Shown piece by piece: positions 19,826 to 28,648 of a DNA stretch of 52,187 bases; positions within the stretch are counted from its first letter, which is position 1, and every line of letters starts with the position of its first letter. The position numbers and the translations under genes are program-made. This stretch comes from an uncultured virus (IMG/VR IMGVR_UViG_3300009128_000001) (Duplodnaviria > Heunggongvirae > Uroviricota > Caudoviricetes), in IMG/VR virus record IMGVR_UViG_3300009128_000001; one strand, written 5' to 3'. The notes beneath the pieces were generated by a model. It searched no databases, was not told the DNA's origin, and saw only the letters and a list, made by a program, of their open reading frames with translations.

Positions 19826-20557
19826 TTATCGCTTTCTTTCTCTTGCATCTTCGCCCAATACTGGAACGGTCTCAACATAATTCATTAAGCTGCTAATACT
19901 CTGCTTAATCGCGCCTGTAAATGATTCAAGTACATTTGGCGAATTAGTACACATAAAAATCGGCAAACTATTCTGCGTTCTCGTTCTGAACACATTTTCT
20001 AAAGTCCTGCCAAACAAATCTGACGCAGCATCACTTGCCATATGCCTTGGGTCAAACTCGTCTATAACCAAAAAGTCAACTGTCAGCAATTCTTTTCTCG
20101 CAATGTACTTGTCTACACCCTGGATAGTTAAAAAAGTATCAACCATATCAGATAGCGTTACATAAAGAGAATTATAGCCTTTTTCTACCGCTCGTTTTAA
20201 TATATTAGTACACACAAAAGTTTTGCCAACACCATGCCTGCCAGCAAAACAAACACACGCGCCATCATCATAAACTGAATCAAGGTTATTAACTATTTCT
20301 TCATATTTATTTCTTAACGACTTATCACCATCAAAATCTCTCTTCATTTCTAATGACCAATATCTAATTGGAATATTACTTTCGGCATAACGCTTATAAG
20401 CCAAATTTATATATCTACATTTTTGACATGCATTATCAAGTCCGGAGCCATTATCACTACACACCGAACACTTTTTAATAGTATTTTCCATCACTTTAAT
20501 AACCTTCTTTTGCGGAACAGTTATTAAAGCTTCACTTCGAGAAATTCGGATACTCAT
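19826..20557 (-). CDS. DnaC/IstB-like AAA+ helicase loader
   Basis: N-terminal CSVC..CQKC, FAGRHGVGKT, FLVIDEF, FRTR..N.LP....TN; adjacent to DnaB. Confidence 0.85.
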   Translation of the reverse strand: MSIRISRSEALITVPQKKVIKVMENTIKKCSVCSDNGSGLDNACQKCRYINLAYKRYAESNIPIRYWSLEMKRDFDGDKSLRNKYEEIVNNLDSVYDDGACVCFAGRHGVGKTFVCTNILKRAVEKGYNSLYVTLSDMVDTFLTIQGVDKYIARKELLTVDFLVIDEFDPRHMASDAASDLFGRTLENVFRTRTQNSLPIFMCTNSPNVLESFTGAIKQSISSLMNYVETVPVLGEDARERKR

Positions 20558-20927
20558 AATTAGCCTGTTGATACTCCTGAGGAGGCCTTCTGTTTACTAA
20601 ATAATCTAATACTTTGTTTCTTACTGTTTTAATCTGTTTAGTTTTTAATTTTGACATTCTTGCTGCGCGTTTTATCGGATCCGTCTCTGGCACATCTAAT
20701 CTAACTTCCGGATCTTCTACAGCCTCGACATTATGTGGTAAGATCTGGTTATTATCAAAAACTCTTACCATGATAACATTTTCGGGAATATCATAAATAA
20801 TTAAGCTGCCATTATCCCTCTCGCTGGATAAAATAGCATAATCATCTGTCCATTCTAGAACAGAACCTTCTGCTGACATTCCATTTTTAAAAATGACTTT
20901 TACTTTGCTATTAATTGCTGGAATCAT
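20532..20927 (-). CDS. Hypothetical protein, possible Sm/Hfq-like N-terminal domain
   Basis: NSKVKVIFKNGMSAEGSVLEWTDDYAIL resembles an Sm1 motif. Confidence 0.5.
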   Translation of the reverse strand: MIPAINSKVKVIFKNGMSAEGSVLEWTDDYAILSSERDNGSLIIYDIPENVIMVRVFDNNQILPHNVEAVEDPEVRLDVPETDPIKRAARMSKLKTKQIKTVRNKVLDYLVNRRPPQEYQQANYEYPNFSK

Positions 20928-21193
20928 AAATTATTTCGACACGCATAACACATCAGCGTGCCATCTTCCTGATTAGCCTCTGCATAAGGATAAAATTTCT
21001 TACACTGTTTACACATCATGCCATCGGAACTATCTGGGGAACGACTCTTAACCTTTTTCTTTAATGCTTTATCCGTCTCTTCGCCGCCATTTAAACACTC
21101 TTCGTGCCATAATAACTCCTCTATAAGATCATCCCACGTTAATCCCATTTCCTCTACAAGATCGTCGCTAAATATCCACCAGGCGTCATTCAT
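20924..21193 (-). CDS. Small zinc-finger protein
   Basis: CKQC...CYAC; ATGA overlaps on both sides. Confidence 0.7.
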   Translation of the reverse strand: MNDAWWIFSDDLVEEMGLTWDDLIEELLWHEECLNGGEETDKALKKKVKSRSPDSSDGMMCKQCKKFYPYAEANQEDGTLMCYACRNNL

Positions 21194-21789
21194 TTTAAAT
21201 CCTTTAATATGTTATCATAAAAACCGATACAATATAACCTATCAAACAACACTCTATATTCCTCGTTATTACCTTTTGCCGCCAACGCAAACGCCAGATC
21301 GCCATAAGTGGTCACTGGCAAACTCATCTCATCGACAATTCTTTTATATTGCTCTGGTAAATCCGTAGATCTGGTTATTTTGTTGCATTCCGCTCTATAA
21401 ATATAAAATTCGTTAGCAAATACAGCCGTACCAAAATATGCCAAAGTCCTAATTTTTTTCTTTTGGGGTATTATTTTTTGATCAAAAACCCAATCAACAT
21501 ATTCTTTAACAATTCGCATATTTGTTGTAGATAACATAGCACAAATACGCTTAATCAAATAAATCTCAGTACATCTGGACGGTGCGCCCTTACAAGAATA
21601 TGCAAAATTTTTATTATAATGCTCTCTAAACCTTCGATCAATGTGCGCCAACATGTGTATTGGCTTCCACTGAGATACACTTAATTCATCAATTTCTCTA
21701 AATTTATTGAAGAATTTTTGCCAGGGTTTAGAAAGAAATCGAATAGCTTCTTGTCGTTGCTGTTCTAAATCAATCATTTCGTAGGCCAT
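21190..21789 (-). CDS. Hypothetical protein in replication block (199 aa)
   Basis: Operon-embedded, helical, no recognised motif. Confidence 0.7.
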   Translation of the reverse strand: MAYEMIDLEQQRQEAIRFLSKPWQKFFNKFREIDELSVSQWKPIHMLAHIDRRFREHYNKNFAYSCKGAPSRCTEIYLIKRICAMLSTTNMRIVKEYVDWVFDQKIIPQKKKIRTLAYFGTAVFANEFYIYRAECNKITRSTDLPEQYKRIVDEMSLPVTTYGDLAFALAAKGNNEEYRVLFDRLYCIGFYDNILKDLK

Positions 21790-23252
21790 AAAATCTTAAA
21801 TTCATCTTCAATTGAATATATTCTTTTTCTTGCCATGGAGTGCCTTCTCAAAAAATGCGCATCATCTAAAAAATCTATAATAGCAGACTGCTTTTTGTTT
21901 GGGTGCTTTCTAATTACTCGGCCTATCCTTTGTAGAGACCGCACAGAGGATTTTCCGCCACCAGCTACAACCAAACCAGAGAGAGAAGGAAGGTCCACCC
22001 CAATATCAAATATAGTAGAAGCAAGAATACAGTTAATTTTTCCGGCTTCCAGCTTGTCTTTTGCGTCATTTCTTACCTTTGCAGAATCTTTACCACTTAA
22101 CAAGATGCACGGCATATGTTTGGATATTTCTTTGTACAAATATTTGCCATGTGAGATTCTAGTATATGACACCAATGTCTGATACCCCTGCTCGACAAGT
22201 TTGGTAGCACCCATTACCACTTTGTTGTTGCGGATATTATTTTCTGTAATATAGTGCTTGTAAATAGTAGGATATTTTTTTGGCAAATCTACGTGATATT
22301 TAGGCACTCTCAGAAATTTTATTATAGGCTGAACTAGATATCCATTCTTAATTAGATAGCTTGCAGAAATATCAACGATCTTTCCGCCAAACACAGCCTC
22401 TATTAACAAATCAGCGTTGTCATCTCTCCATGGGCTAGCGCTCATGCCGTAGATATGCTCCGGATTTATATTACGCGAAATTTCTTGTATGGTATCGCAG
22501 GCAGCTAAGTGACATTCATCGAAAATATGTACTTTAGCCGTGGACATCATATCACGAATGTCTTTATACTTCTGCGGATTTAACTTCTTCTCTCCATCAC
22601 TTACATCCTCAATGATTTTATTGCTTTTTAGCCCTAATGCCTGCCCCACTGTCCAAACACTGGCAATATTTATATCATGTATCTCACAAAGACCATCACC
22701 AATTATTCCCACATCAAAATCGAAAATCTCTTTGAAAAAACTGTGCATTTGATACAACAAATCTTTTCCTATTACATATAAAATGGAAGATTTACCAAAA
22801 TACGATATCATTAACGCAGAAACCAAGCTTTTTCCTGAGCCGGTTGCCATACGTATAATGCCAGAGTCATGATCCTTTACCGTATCTAGTGTTTCTAGCT
22901 GATAAGGATAAGGATTCTTGTCAATAGCGGCCAGCTTTTTTGTAATATCAACAGAATGAATTGGGGAGGCCGCCCTATTATCACCCTCCACGTAAACAGA
23001 TTTATTATATTGCTCGTATAATGCTAATACTCGCGATAATAGGCCGTATGGGAATGTCAAGTTGGATGACAAAATTCTATGAACACCATCCCACTTAGTA
23101 AATTGTCCCCCAATATAATATCCTTTGAATGCTTTAGTGTGCTCTGCTCCCTGAACGCGGAAAGACAACTCATCATCTAATATGCGAACAAAATTAATAT
23201 CTGTTTCTTCTTTAATATAACAAATATTATCTTTAATAAGTATTTTAGCCAT
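21774..23252 (-). CDS. uvsW: SF2 DExH helicase, UvsW-like
   Basis: PYPYQ, MATGSGKS, DECH, SASP, GVDLP, QRIGRVIR; N-terminal F.V.G....F...WDG...R as in T4 UvsW. Confidence 0.8.
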   Translation of the reverse strand: MAKILIKDNICYIKEETDINFVRILDDELSFRVQGAEHTKAFKGYYIGGQFTKWDGVHRILSSNLTFPYGLLSRVLALYEQYNKSVYVEGDNRAASPIHSVDITKKLAAIDKNPYPYQLETLDTVKDHDSGIIRMATGSGKSLVSALMISYFGKSSILYVIGKDLLYQMHSFFKEIFDFDVGIIGDGLCEIHDINIASVWTVGQALGLKSNKIIEDVSDGEKKLNPQKYKDIRDMMSTAKVHIFDECHLAACDTIQEISRNINPEHIYGMSASPWRDDNADLLIEAVFGGKIVDISASYLIKNGYLVQPIIKFLRVPKYHVDLPKKYPTIYKHYITENNIRNNKVVMGATKLVEQGYQTLVSYTRISHGKYLYKEISKHMPCILLSGKDSAKVRNDAKDKLEAGKINCILASTIFDIGVDLPSLSGLVVAGGGKSSVRSLQRIGRVIRKHPNKKQSAIIDFLDDAHFLRRHSMARKRIYSIEDEFKILWPTK

Positions 23253-23262
23253 TTTTTATACT

Positions 23263-23967
23263 TTAAACATTCAGTTTATTTTGCAAAATAACATTTACCA
23301 ATTGATATAATTTATAATCTAGCTTATTATTCCGCATAAAAATTTTCTTAATCTTCGGAGAAACCGGCGGTAATTTTGCCTTGTTTTTGCGCACATTATA
23401 TCGCCTATACTTTGAGGGATGTTGTAAGTTCCAGCCCAATGTTTTTTGCATTAAAAATATACTTTCATTAAATCTCTCAGTAACCCCGATAAAAATATAT
23501 CTATCATTTAGACTATCTATTGTAATCTCATCAATAGAATCATATCCAAGAAAATATGACATATAGTTGCGGTAAAAAAACATGGGATCAGTCGGGCTTT
23601 TTGCATGTCGTTTATTATTATGCCCGTACCACTGATCAAAATGTACTTTGGGATGGCGTAGTTTTTTACGCGTTAATGAATAATAATGAGAAAGCGCTCG
23701 GGACAACGGATCACGAACAAAACTTATAAAAACGGGACGGTCAATAATCGCCTCAAAAAACCTTCTATCATACGCGATATGTCTTGTAGATATGTTATAT
23801 TGCTTCTTCGGCTTTACTGTCCATGCTTGACCTCTAAATTTACACCCTAACCGCAGCCCCTTATATATGTAGGAAAGAGAATTCTTATCAGCAAATCTCT
23901 CAATAATATTCCTAACGGATGTACTACTACACTTGTGAATTTTAATAAAAGCCAGATTTTTAATCAC
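23263..23967 (-). CDS. Sulfotransferase-fold protein (Gal-3-O-sulfotransferase/Sulfotransfer_2-like)
   Basis: FIKIHKCSSTS (5'-PSB), FVRDPLSRALSHYY (3'-PB), FIGVTERFNES, N.LDYKLY. Confidence 0.8.
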   Translation of the reverse strand: MIKNLAFIKIHKCSSTSVRNIIERFADKNSLSYIYKGLRLGCKFRGQAWTVKPKKQYNISTRHIAYDRRFFEAIIDRPVFISFVRDPLSRALSHYYSLTRKKLRHPKVHFDQWYGHNNKRHAKSPTDPMFFYRNYMSYFLGYDSIDEITIDSLNDRYIFIGVTERFNESIFLMQKTLGWNLQHPSKYRRYNVRKNKAKLPPVSPKIKKIFMRNNKLDYKLYQLVNVILQNKLNV

Positions 23968-23997
23968 ACAATTTGTCCTCGCTAAAGTATAAACACG

Positions 23998-25377
23998 TTA
24001 CTTTTTGCGCCTATCGACCATGTTTTGTGTAAACTGGCCGAATTTGGACTTCTTTTGCTTGATTTTATTTTTAATCTTTTCCACAGCTGATGTCGCCTCA
24101 CTTTCGCCAGTGTCAATATTCAATTTGACATTACGCTTGGTATCCTTCTTTTTTAGGGTTTCCTTCTGCGACGCGACCTCAACCTTTAATTCCTCAATTC
24201 TTGGGTCAGGCAACGTAAGGCCACTAAAAAATGAATACACCTTAACTACATCCTCTTTAATGTCTGCCTCATAAATACCGCGAAATACCCCCAAAGGCGT
24301 TCCGGCAGAATCCTGTACCATAGACATGGCATAATTTACGCTAGAGCTAGGAATTTTATCCCACACACCCTTATTAGCTAGTATCATTGTGCCAGCATAA
24401 CGTGTTTGTTTTAAATCAAATCCGCTTGCCAACAAACCGGCCTCTAAATTGGTAATAATAGCCTCAGCAATAGCGGTATCTTCTTCGTATTCCACAACAT
24501 CCATACAGCCATACAGGCTCAAGCCCTCTCCATCAATAAGAATCTTCAGAAACTCCATAGGATCTAAACCCTTTACGGCAGATGGTAGCGACGAATAAGT
24601 ATTAAATACATCAAGCGGTTCAACAATAGCGTTATTGCTCACACTAAAGAAATCCATCTGACTAACATCACTAAAAATAGACTCTATTTTTGCGTTATCG
24701 GCAACAATTAAATTGTGTATAGTTTTATCTTGCACCTTTTTCGACAACTTCGACAGAGCTTCAAGGGCATTCTTCTTAGTTTGCGCATCTTCATTGGTCA
24801 TTGGCAACACAGTAAGTACAACAATCGGCTTTCCAGTTGTCGCCATAATATCAATCATAGTTTCGGCAGATCCGCCTCCAGAACCACCGCCTAATGAGGT
24901 GCAAAATACAAATAATTGCACATCATCTAATTTATCACTAATAAAAGCATAAATCTTATCTTTATGCATTTGTGCGGCCTCATGTCCAATTTGCGGATCC
25001 TTACTAGCCCCTCCCAAACCATATTCTAAAAGACATTTATTACTTTCTGGAAGCTTGATATGCTCTAAGTCTTGCGTTGCTGTATTAAAAGCAACCGCGT
25101 CATACCCAAGGGCATAAAATGATTCTGCCAAACGAGAACCAGCCTGCCCAGATCCTACAATACCAAATTTAATACTTCTAGACTTTTCCTCTAATATTCT
25201 CGGTGGCATTTTTTCAACATCCTCTTTGCTTTTAGATTCTAGCTTTGCTTTTAGCTCGCTTAGTTTATCTTGATCCATTACTGGTTGTTCTGCCGCCTCT
25301 GATACAACAATATGCTCGGAAATATCATCGACAATCTCTTCTTTATCCTTATTTACAACTTCAGTTTTAACAGTCAT
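23998..25377 (-). CDS. Tubulin/FtsZ-superfamily GTPase, TubZ/PhuZ-like (likely start 25377)
   Basis: GIVGSGQAGSRLA, FNTA..DL, GGASKDP..G, SLGGGSGGG, VLP...E, IVADN, LDPMEF (T7-like). Confidence 0.9.
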   Translation of the reverse strand: MTVKTEVVNKDKEEIVDDISEHIVVSEAAEQPVMDQDKLSELKAKLESKSKEDVEKMPPRILEEKSRSIKFGIVGSGQAGSRLAESFYALGYDAVAFNTATQDLEHIKLPESNKCLLEYGLGGASKDPQIGHEAAQMHKDKIYAFISDKLDDVQLFVFCTSLGGGSGGGSAETMIDIMATTGKPIVVLTVLPMTNEDAQTKKNALEALSKLSKKVQDKTIHNLIVADNAKIESIFSDVSQMDFFSVSNNAIVEPLDVFNTYSSLPSAVKGLDPMEFLKILIDGEGLSLYGCMDVVEYEEDTAIAEAIITNLEAGLLASGFDLKQTRYAGTMILANKGVWDKIPSSSVNYAMSMVQDSAGTPLGVFRGIYEADIKEDVVKVYSFFSGLTLPDPRIEELKVEVASQKETLKKKDTKRNVKLNIDTGESEATSAVEKIKNKIKQKKSKFGQFTQNMVDRRKK

Positions 25378-25447
25378 TTTTACACTCACTATATTTAAAT
25401 AATACCAATAAATTACACACATTTACAACTTGAACATATGCAATTTT

Positions 25448-25475
25448 ATTATATCAAAATAGATAAAAAAAGCAA
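25448..25475 (-). promoter_or_regulatory. Putative sigma-70-type extended -10 promoter of the tubulin gene
   Basis: Minus strand TTGCTT-16 nt-TATAAT with TGn immediately before the -10, in the intergenic gap. Confidence 0.6.
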
Positions 25476-25487
25476 AGATTTACTCTA

Positions 25488-26450
25488 TTATTGCTTTAAA
25501 AACCATTGATTATTTGTATACCACAGAATAGTTCTTTCTAATCCTTTTTTAAATTTATATTGCGGCGACCAACCAAGATCTCTAAGTTTTGTGCTATCCA
25601 CTGCATATCTAAAATCATGACCTGCCCGATCAGTAACAAAAGAGATAAGATTATGACCTTTCTCTAAACAATTGCAGATATTATTGGCCATTTCTAAGCT
25701 AGTAGTCTCATAACCAGTAGATATATTATATGTTTCATTTGCTGGAGCTTTTTCTAAAATCGTCAACATAGCAGAGCAATTATCAGTAACATATATCCAC
25801 TCTCTTAATTGTTTTCCCGCTCCATATATAGGAATAGGCTTTTCCTCTAATATATTCCTTACTACTTTTGGAATAAGCTTTTCGGTAGCTTGCCTGGGTC
25901 CGAAATTATTACACGACCTGGTAATATTATATTTTAAACCATGCGTATTAGATGCGGCCGTTACAAGTAATTCTCCGGCCGCCTTAGAAGCAGAGTAGGG
26001 ATTCCTAGGAGACAGGCCCATATCTTCAGTCCACGGAGCGGCATCTTCATCTGGCAGTTGTCCATAGACCTCATCCGTACTAATATAGATCAAACGGTCC
26101 ACACCATATTTTACACACGCATCAACAATTGTTTGTGTGCCCAATACATTAGACAAAATAAATTGCGAGGCACTTTCTATAGAGTTATCTACATGTGATT
26201 CCGCCGCGCCATGTATGACAATGTCTGGGCGCTCCAATTCAAATATAGTATTTACAAAATGACTATCGGCTACATCGCCTATATGTAACGCATGCCCCTT
26301 ATTAGCATATATGTTATGTAACTTATCTGGGGTCGCAATCTTATCTATACTAACAATATCATAGTCTGATCGTTTGTATAAAGTATGTCTTACAAAATTG
26401 CTAAAGATAAAGCCGCCCGAACCAGTTACTAATACCTTTTTCTTCCTCAT
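25488..26450 (-). CDS. rmlB: dTDP-glucose 4,6-dehydratase
   Basis: TGSGGFI, AAESHVDNSI, STDEVYG, PYSASK, EKLIP, DRAGHDFRY. Confidence 0.92.
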   Translation of the reverse strand: MRKKKVLVTGSGGFIFSNFVRHTLYKRSDYDIVSIDKIATPDKLHNIYANKGHALHIGDVADSHFVNTIFELERPDIVIHGAAESHVDNSIESASQFILSNVLGTQTIVDACVKYGVDRLIYISTDEVYGQLPDEDAAPWTEDMGLSPRNPYSASKAAGELLVTAASNTHGLKYNITRSCNNFGPRQATEKLIPKVVRNILEEKPIPIYGAGKQLREWIYVTDNCSAMLTILEKAPANETYNISTGYETTSLEMANNICNCLEKGHNLISFVTDRAGHDFRYAVDSTKLRDLGWSPQYKFKKGLERTILWYTNNQWFLKQ

Positions 26451-26460
26451 AAATCCTCGT

Positions 26461-27420
26461 TTAATTTTTTGATTCGGCTCGTCTAAAAGGCGTTTCGCAA
26501 TTCAGCATAGCCGTTCTTTTCATTATTTGCGTTCGCTTAAGATCTTTTTGATATTCGCTAGGAAATAGTGTTTTTGCCAAGATTGTTGATAAATGTTCCG
26601 TCTCTTTAGATACCACCAAAACAACCTCATCCAAATCTAATGAACACGAATCAAAATATTGATATATAGCATTATATATCTTTTCTAATATTTTTACTTC
26701 CCGCTCCTTTTCTAAATATTCTTGCATTGTTTTAGAAAATTCAGATACGGATCCGGTTCCTTCCGCCAAATATCTTTTCTGTTTTTCCATTTCGACTTCT
26801 TGATATAAAAATTCACCCTTTACATTTGCAAACTGTTTGTCCAAGCCCTTCAACAGCGTCCTTGCACTCGTGCTAATCACTTTCTCTATTTTTGACTTGC
26901 CATTATTTCCACTATTCTTTGCCGCATTTTCTTCTGCAAACTTCTTCATCTGAGGAGGCATATCTTGAATATTTTTACGCATAGCGACCACAGCATCATC
27001 TGTCCAGTTACGAATTTTTGCTACCTGATCCTCAACGGCATCCTCCAATAAAAGGTTGCTATCCAACATCTCTAAAGCTAACCTGGTAGATGTAAGCCAT
27101 GTTTGCGATGGTTTGTGCGCCTCTGGCTCTTCTGGCTCTTCTGGCTCTTCCAACACCCCCTCTACCACCTCGTCTGCAGTCTCGGCAGTAAGCGCGGTGA
27201 ATGCCTCCAGATCTTCTTGCGCCGCTCGATCTTGAATGCCTTGTAATACTTTTAGCTGATCTTCTATTTCTTCTGCCTGTTCGCTATCAGATTTGTCCGC
27301 TTTTCCTTTAATAACTTCGCCATGATGCTCGTCCTTTAAGCTGGTTAGTTTCACACCAGAGTTGAGAGCATTATCTAAAACTTTCTCAAAATCTACTTTA
27401 TCATCCATTTTATTCTCCAA
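26461..27420 (-). CDS. Acidic coiled-coil-like hypothetical protein (319 aa)
   Basis: Glu-rich, helical, with an EEPEEPEEP repeat. Confidence 0.7.
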   Translation of the reverse strand: MENKMDDKVDFEKVLDNALNSGVKLTSLKDEHHGEVIKGKADKSDSEQAEEIEDQLKVLQGIQDRAAQEDLEAFTALTAETADEVVEGVLEEPEEPEEPEAHKPSQTWLTSTRLALEMLDSNLLLEDAVEDQVAKIRNWTDDAVVAMRKNIQDMPPQMKKFAEENAAKNSGNNGKSKIEKVISTSARTLLKGLDKQFANVKGEFLYQEVEMEKQKRYLAEGTGSVSEFSKTMQEYLEKEREVKILEKIYNAIYQYFDSCSLDLDEVVLVVSKETEHLSTILAKTLFPSEYQKDLKRTQIMKRTAMLNCETPFRRAESKN

Positions 27421-27423
27421 TTA

Positions 27424-28362
27424 CTAATCTTCTAAATTTTCTTGATACCACTTAATCGTTTTTATTATTCCATCTTTAAGTTTAGTATTTGCTTCAAAGC
27501 CCATTATTTCTTTGGCGCGAGCTGTATCTAGTTGGCGTTTTGGCTGTCCATCTGATACCTCTCCAGTAAACTCAATATTGCCTTTAAATCCGGTCAAGTC
27601 TCCTATAAGATGAGCAAGATCCTTAATCGATATCTCATCACCCGTTCCAATGTTGATAGGCAAATCGGTATTTAGACCCATCATAACAGCTCTTACGATA
27701 GCTTCTGCGGCATCTCCAGCATACAAAAATTCTCTAGATGCCTCGCCAGTACCCCAGCAATAAACAGTGTCCTTGTCATTATTTACCGCATCAGTAAACT
27801 TGTTAATAAGAGCAGGAATTACATGACTATTAACCAAATCAAAATGGTCGTGCTCTCCATAAAGATTAACGGGTATAAGATGGGCGCCCGCAATACCATA
27901 TTGTTCTCTATAGGTATTGCCCATCATCAACAGGCCTTTTTTCGCAAATCCATATGGCGCATTTGTTTCTTCTGGATATCCGTTCCAAATATCATCTTCT
28001 TTAAACGGAACTGGACAATATTTTGGATATGCACAAACAGATCCGAGAGTATATAAATATTTTACTTTAAACTGAACAGATAGCTCAAAAATATTTAAAC
28101 CCATTTGAAGATTATCATGCAAAAATTTAGCCGGACTATTTTTATTAGCCAATATTCCGCCGCAAACAGCCGCCATATGTACGACAATATCCGGGTCATA
28201 TCTAGAAAAGACCTCATGAGCCATAACCGAACTTACTAAATCCGCACGCTTACCATTACTTCCGATAAAAAATATATTATATTCTTTTTCATACGGTTCA
28301 AATGCCTTTTGAACATGTTTGCCCAAGAAGCCCGTACAACCAGTGATCATTATATTCTGCAT
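27424..28362 (-). CDS. fcl: GDP-L-fucose synthase
   Basis: AAVCGGILAN, GSVCAYPK, PEETNAPYGFAK, PVNLYG, SHVIPALI, WGTG..SREFLY, DGQP. Confidence 0.93.
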   Translation of the reverse strand: MQNIMITGCTGFLGKHVQKAFEPYEKEYNIFFIGSNGKRADLVSSVMAHEVFSRYDPDIVVHMAAVCGGILANKNSPAKFLHDNLQMGLNIFELSVQFKVKYLYTLGSVCAYPKYCPVPFKEDDIWNGYPEETNAPYGFAKKGLLMMGNTYREQYGIAGAHLIPVNLYGEHDHFDLVNSHVIPALINKFTDAVNNDKDTVYCWGTGEASREFLYAGDAAEAIVRAVMMGLNTDLPINIGTGDEISIKDLAHLIGDLTGFKGNIEFTGEVSDGQPKRQLDTARAKEIMGFEANTKLKDGIIKTIKWYQENLED

Positions 28363-28376
28363 TTTATCCGCCTAAT

Positions 28377-28631
28377 TTATTTATTATCCTTAGAAAAATC
28401 TACAGGAACATTAATCTGTAAGTCAGCGTCCGTTGTGATCTCGACAGGAACATTAATTATCTCAACTACAGCTCTTGTTTTTACTTCACCAGCCTCTGCG
28501 ATCCAGCCTACTTTAGAGACGGAACCTATCTCCTCGCCACTATCTTCGTCAATAATTTTGGTACCCGCAGAAGTTCCATCACTAATAATTTTTATCTTCA
28601 TTCTTTTATTTCCTCTCCTTTTTATCTTCAT
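28377..28631 (-). CDS. Small hypothetical protein with two in-frame starts (28631 and 28601)
   Basis: ATGA overlap with gmd; N-terminal MKIK duplicated by the 30-bp repeat. Confidence 0.65.
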   Translation of the reverse strand: MKIKRRGNKRMKIKIISDGTSAGTKIIDEDSGEEIGSVSKVGWIAEAGEVKTRAVVEIINVPVEITTDADLQINVPVDFSKDNK

Positions 28632-28648
28632 TCTTTTATTTCCTCTCC
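28589..28648. repeat. Perfect 30-bp tandem duplication
   Basis: tttttatcttcattcttttatttcctctcc occurs at 28589-28618 and 28619-28648. Confidence 0.95.

Noticed and set aside
23998..25422. Canonical cell-division ftsZ
   Set aside because: Lacks GGGTGTG, NxDFAD and the C-terminal core peptide; no dcw neighbours.
25378..25487. tubC-like centromere iterons upstream of tubulin
   Set aside because: AT-rich, but no convincing direct-repeat array is visible.
27121..27150. 9-bp tandem repeat (also GPGPGP at about 3283-3310 and the AQ repeat near 12600)
   Set aside because: In-frame low-complexity linkers; not CRISPR or regulatory arrays.
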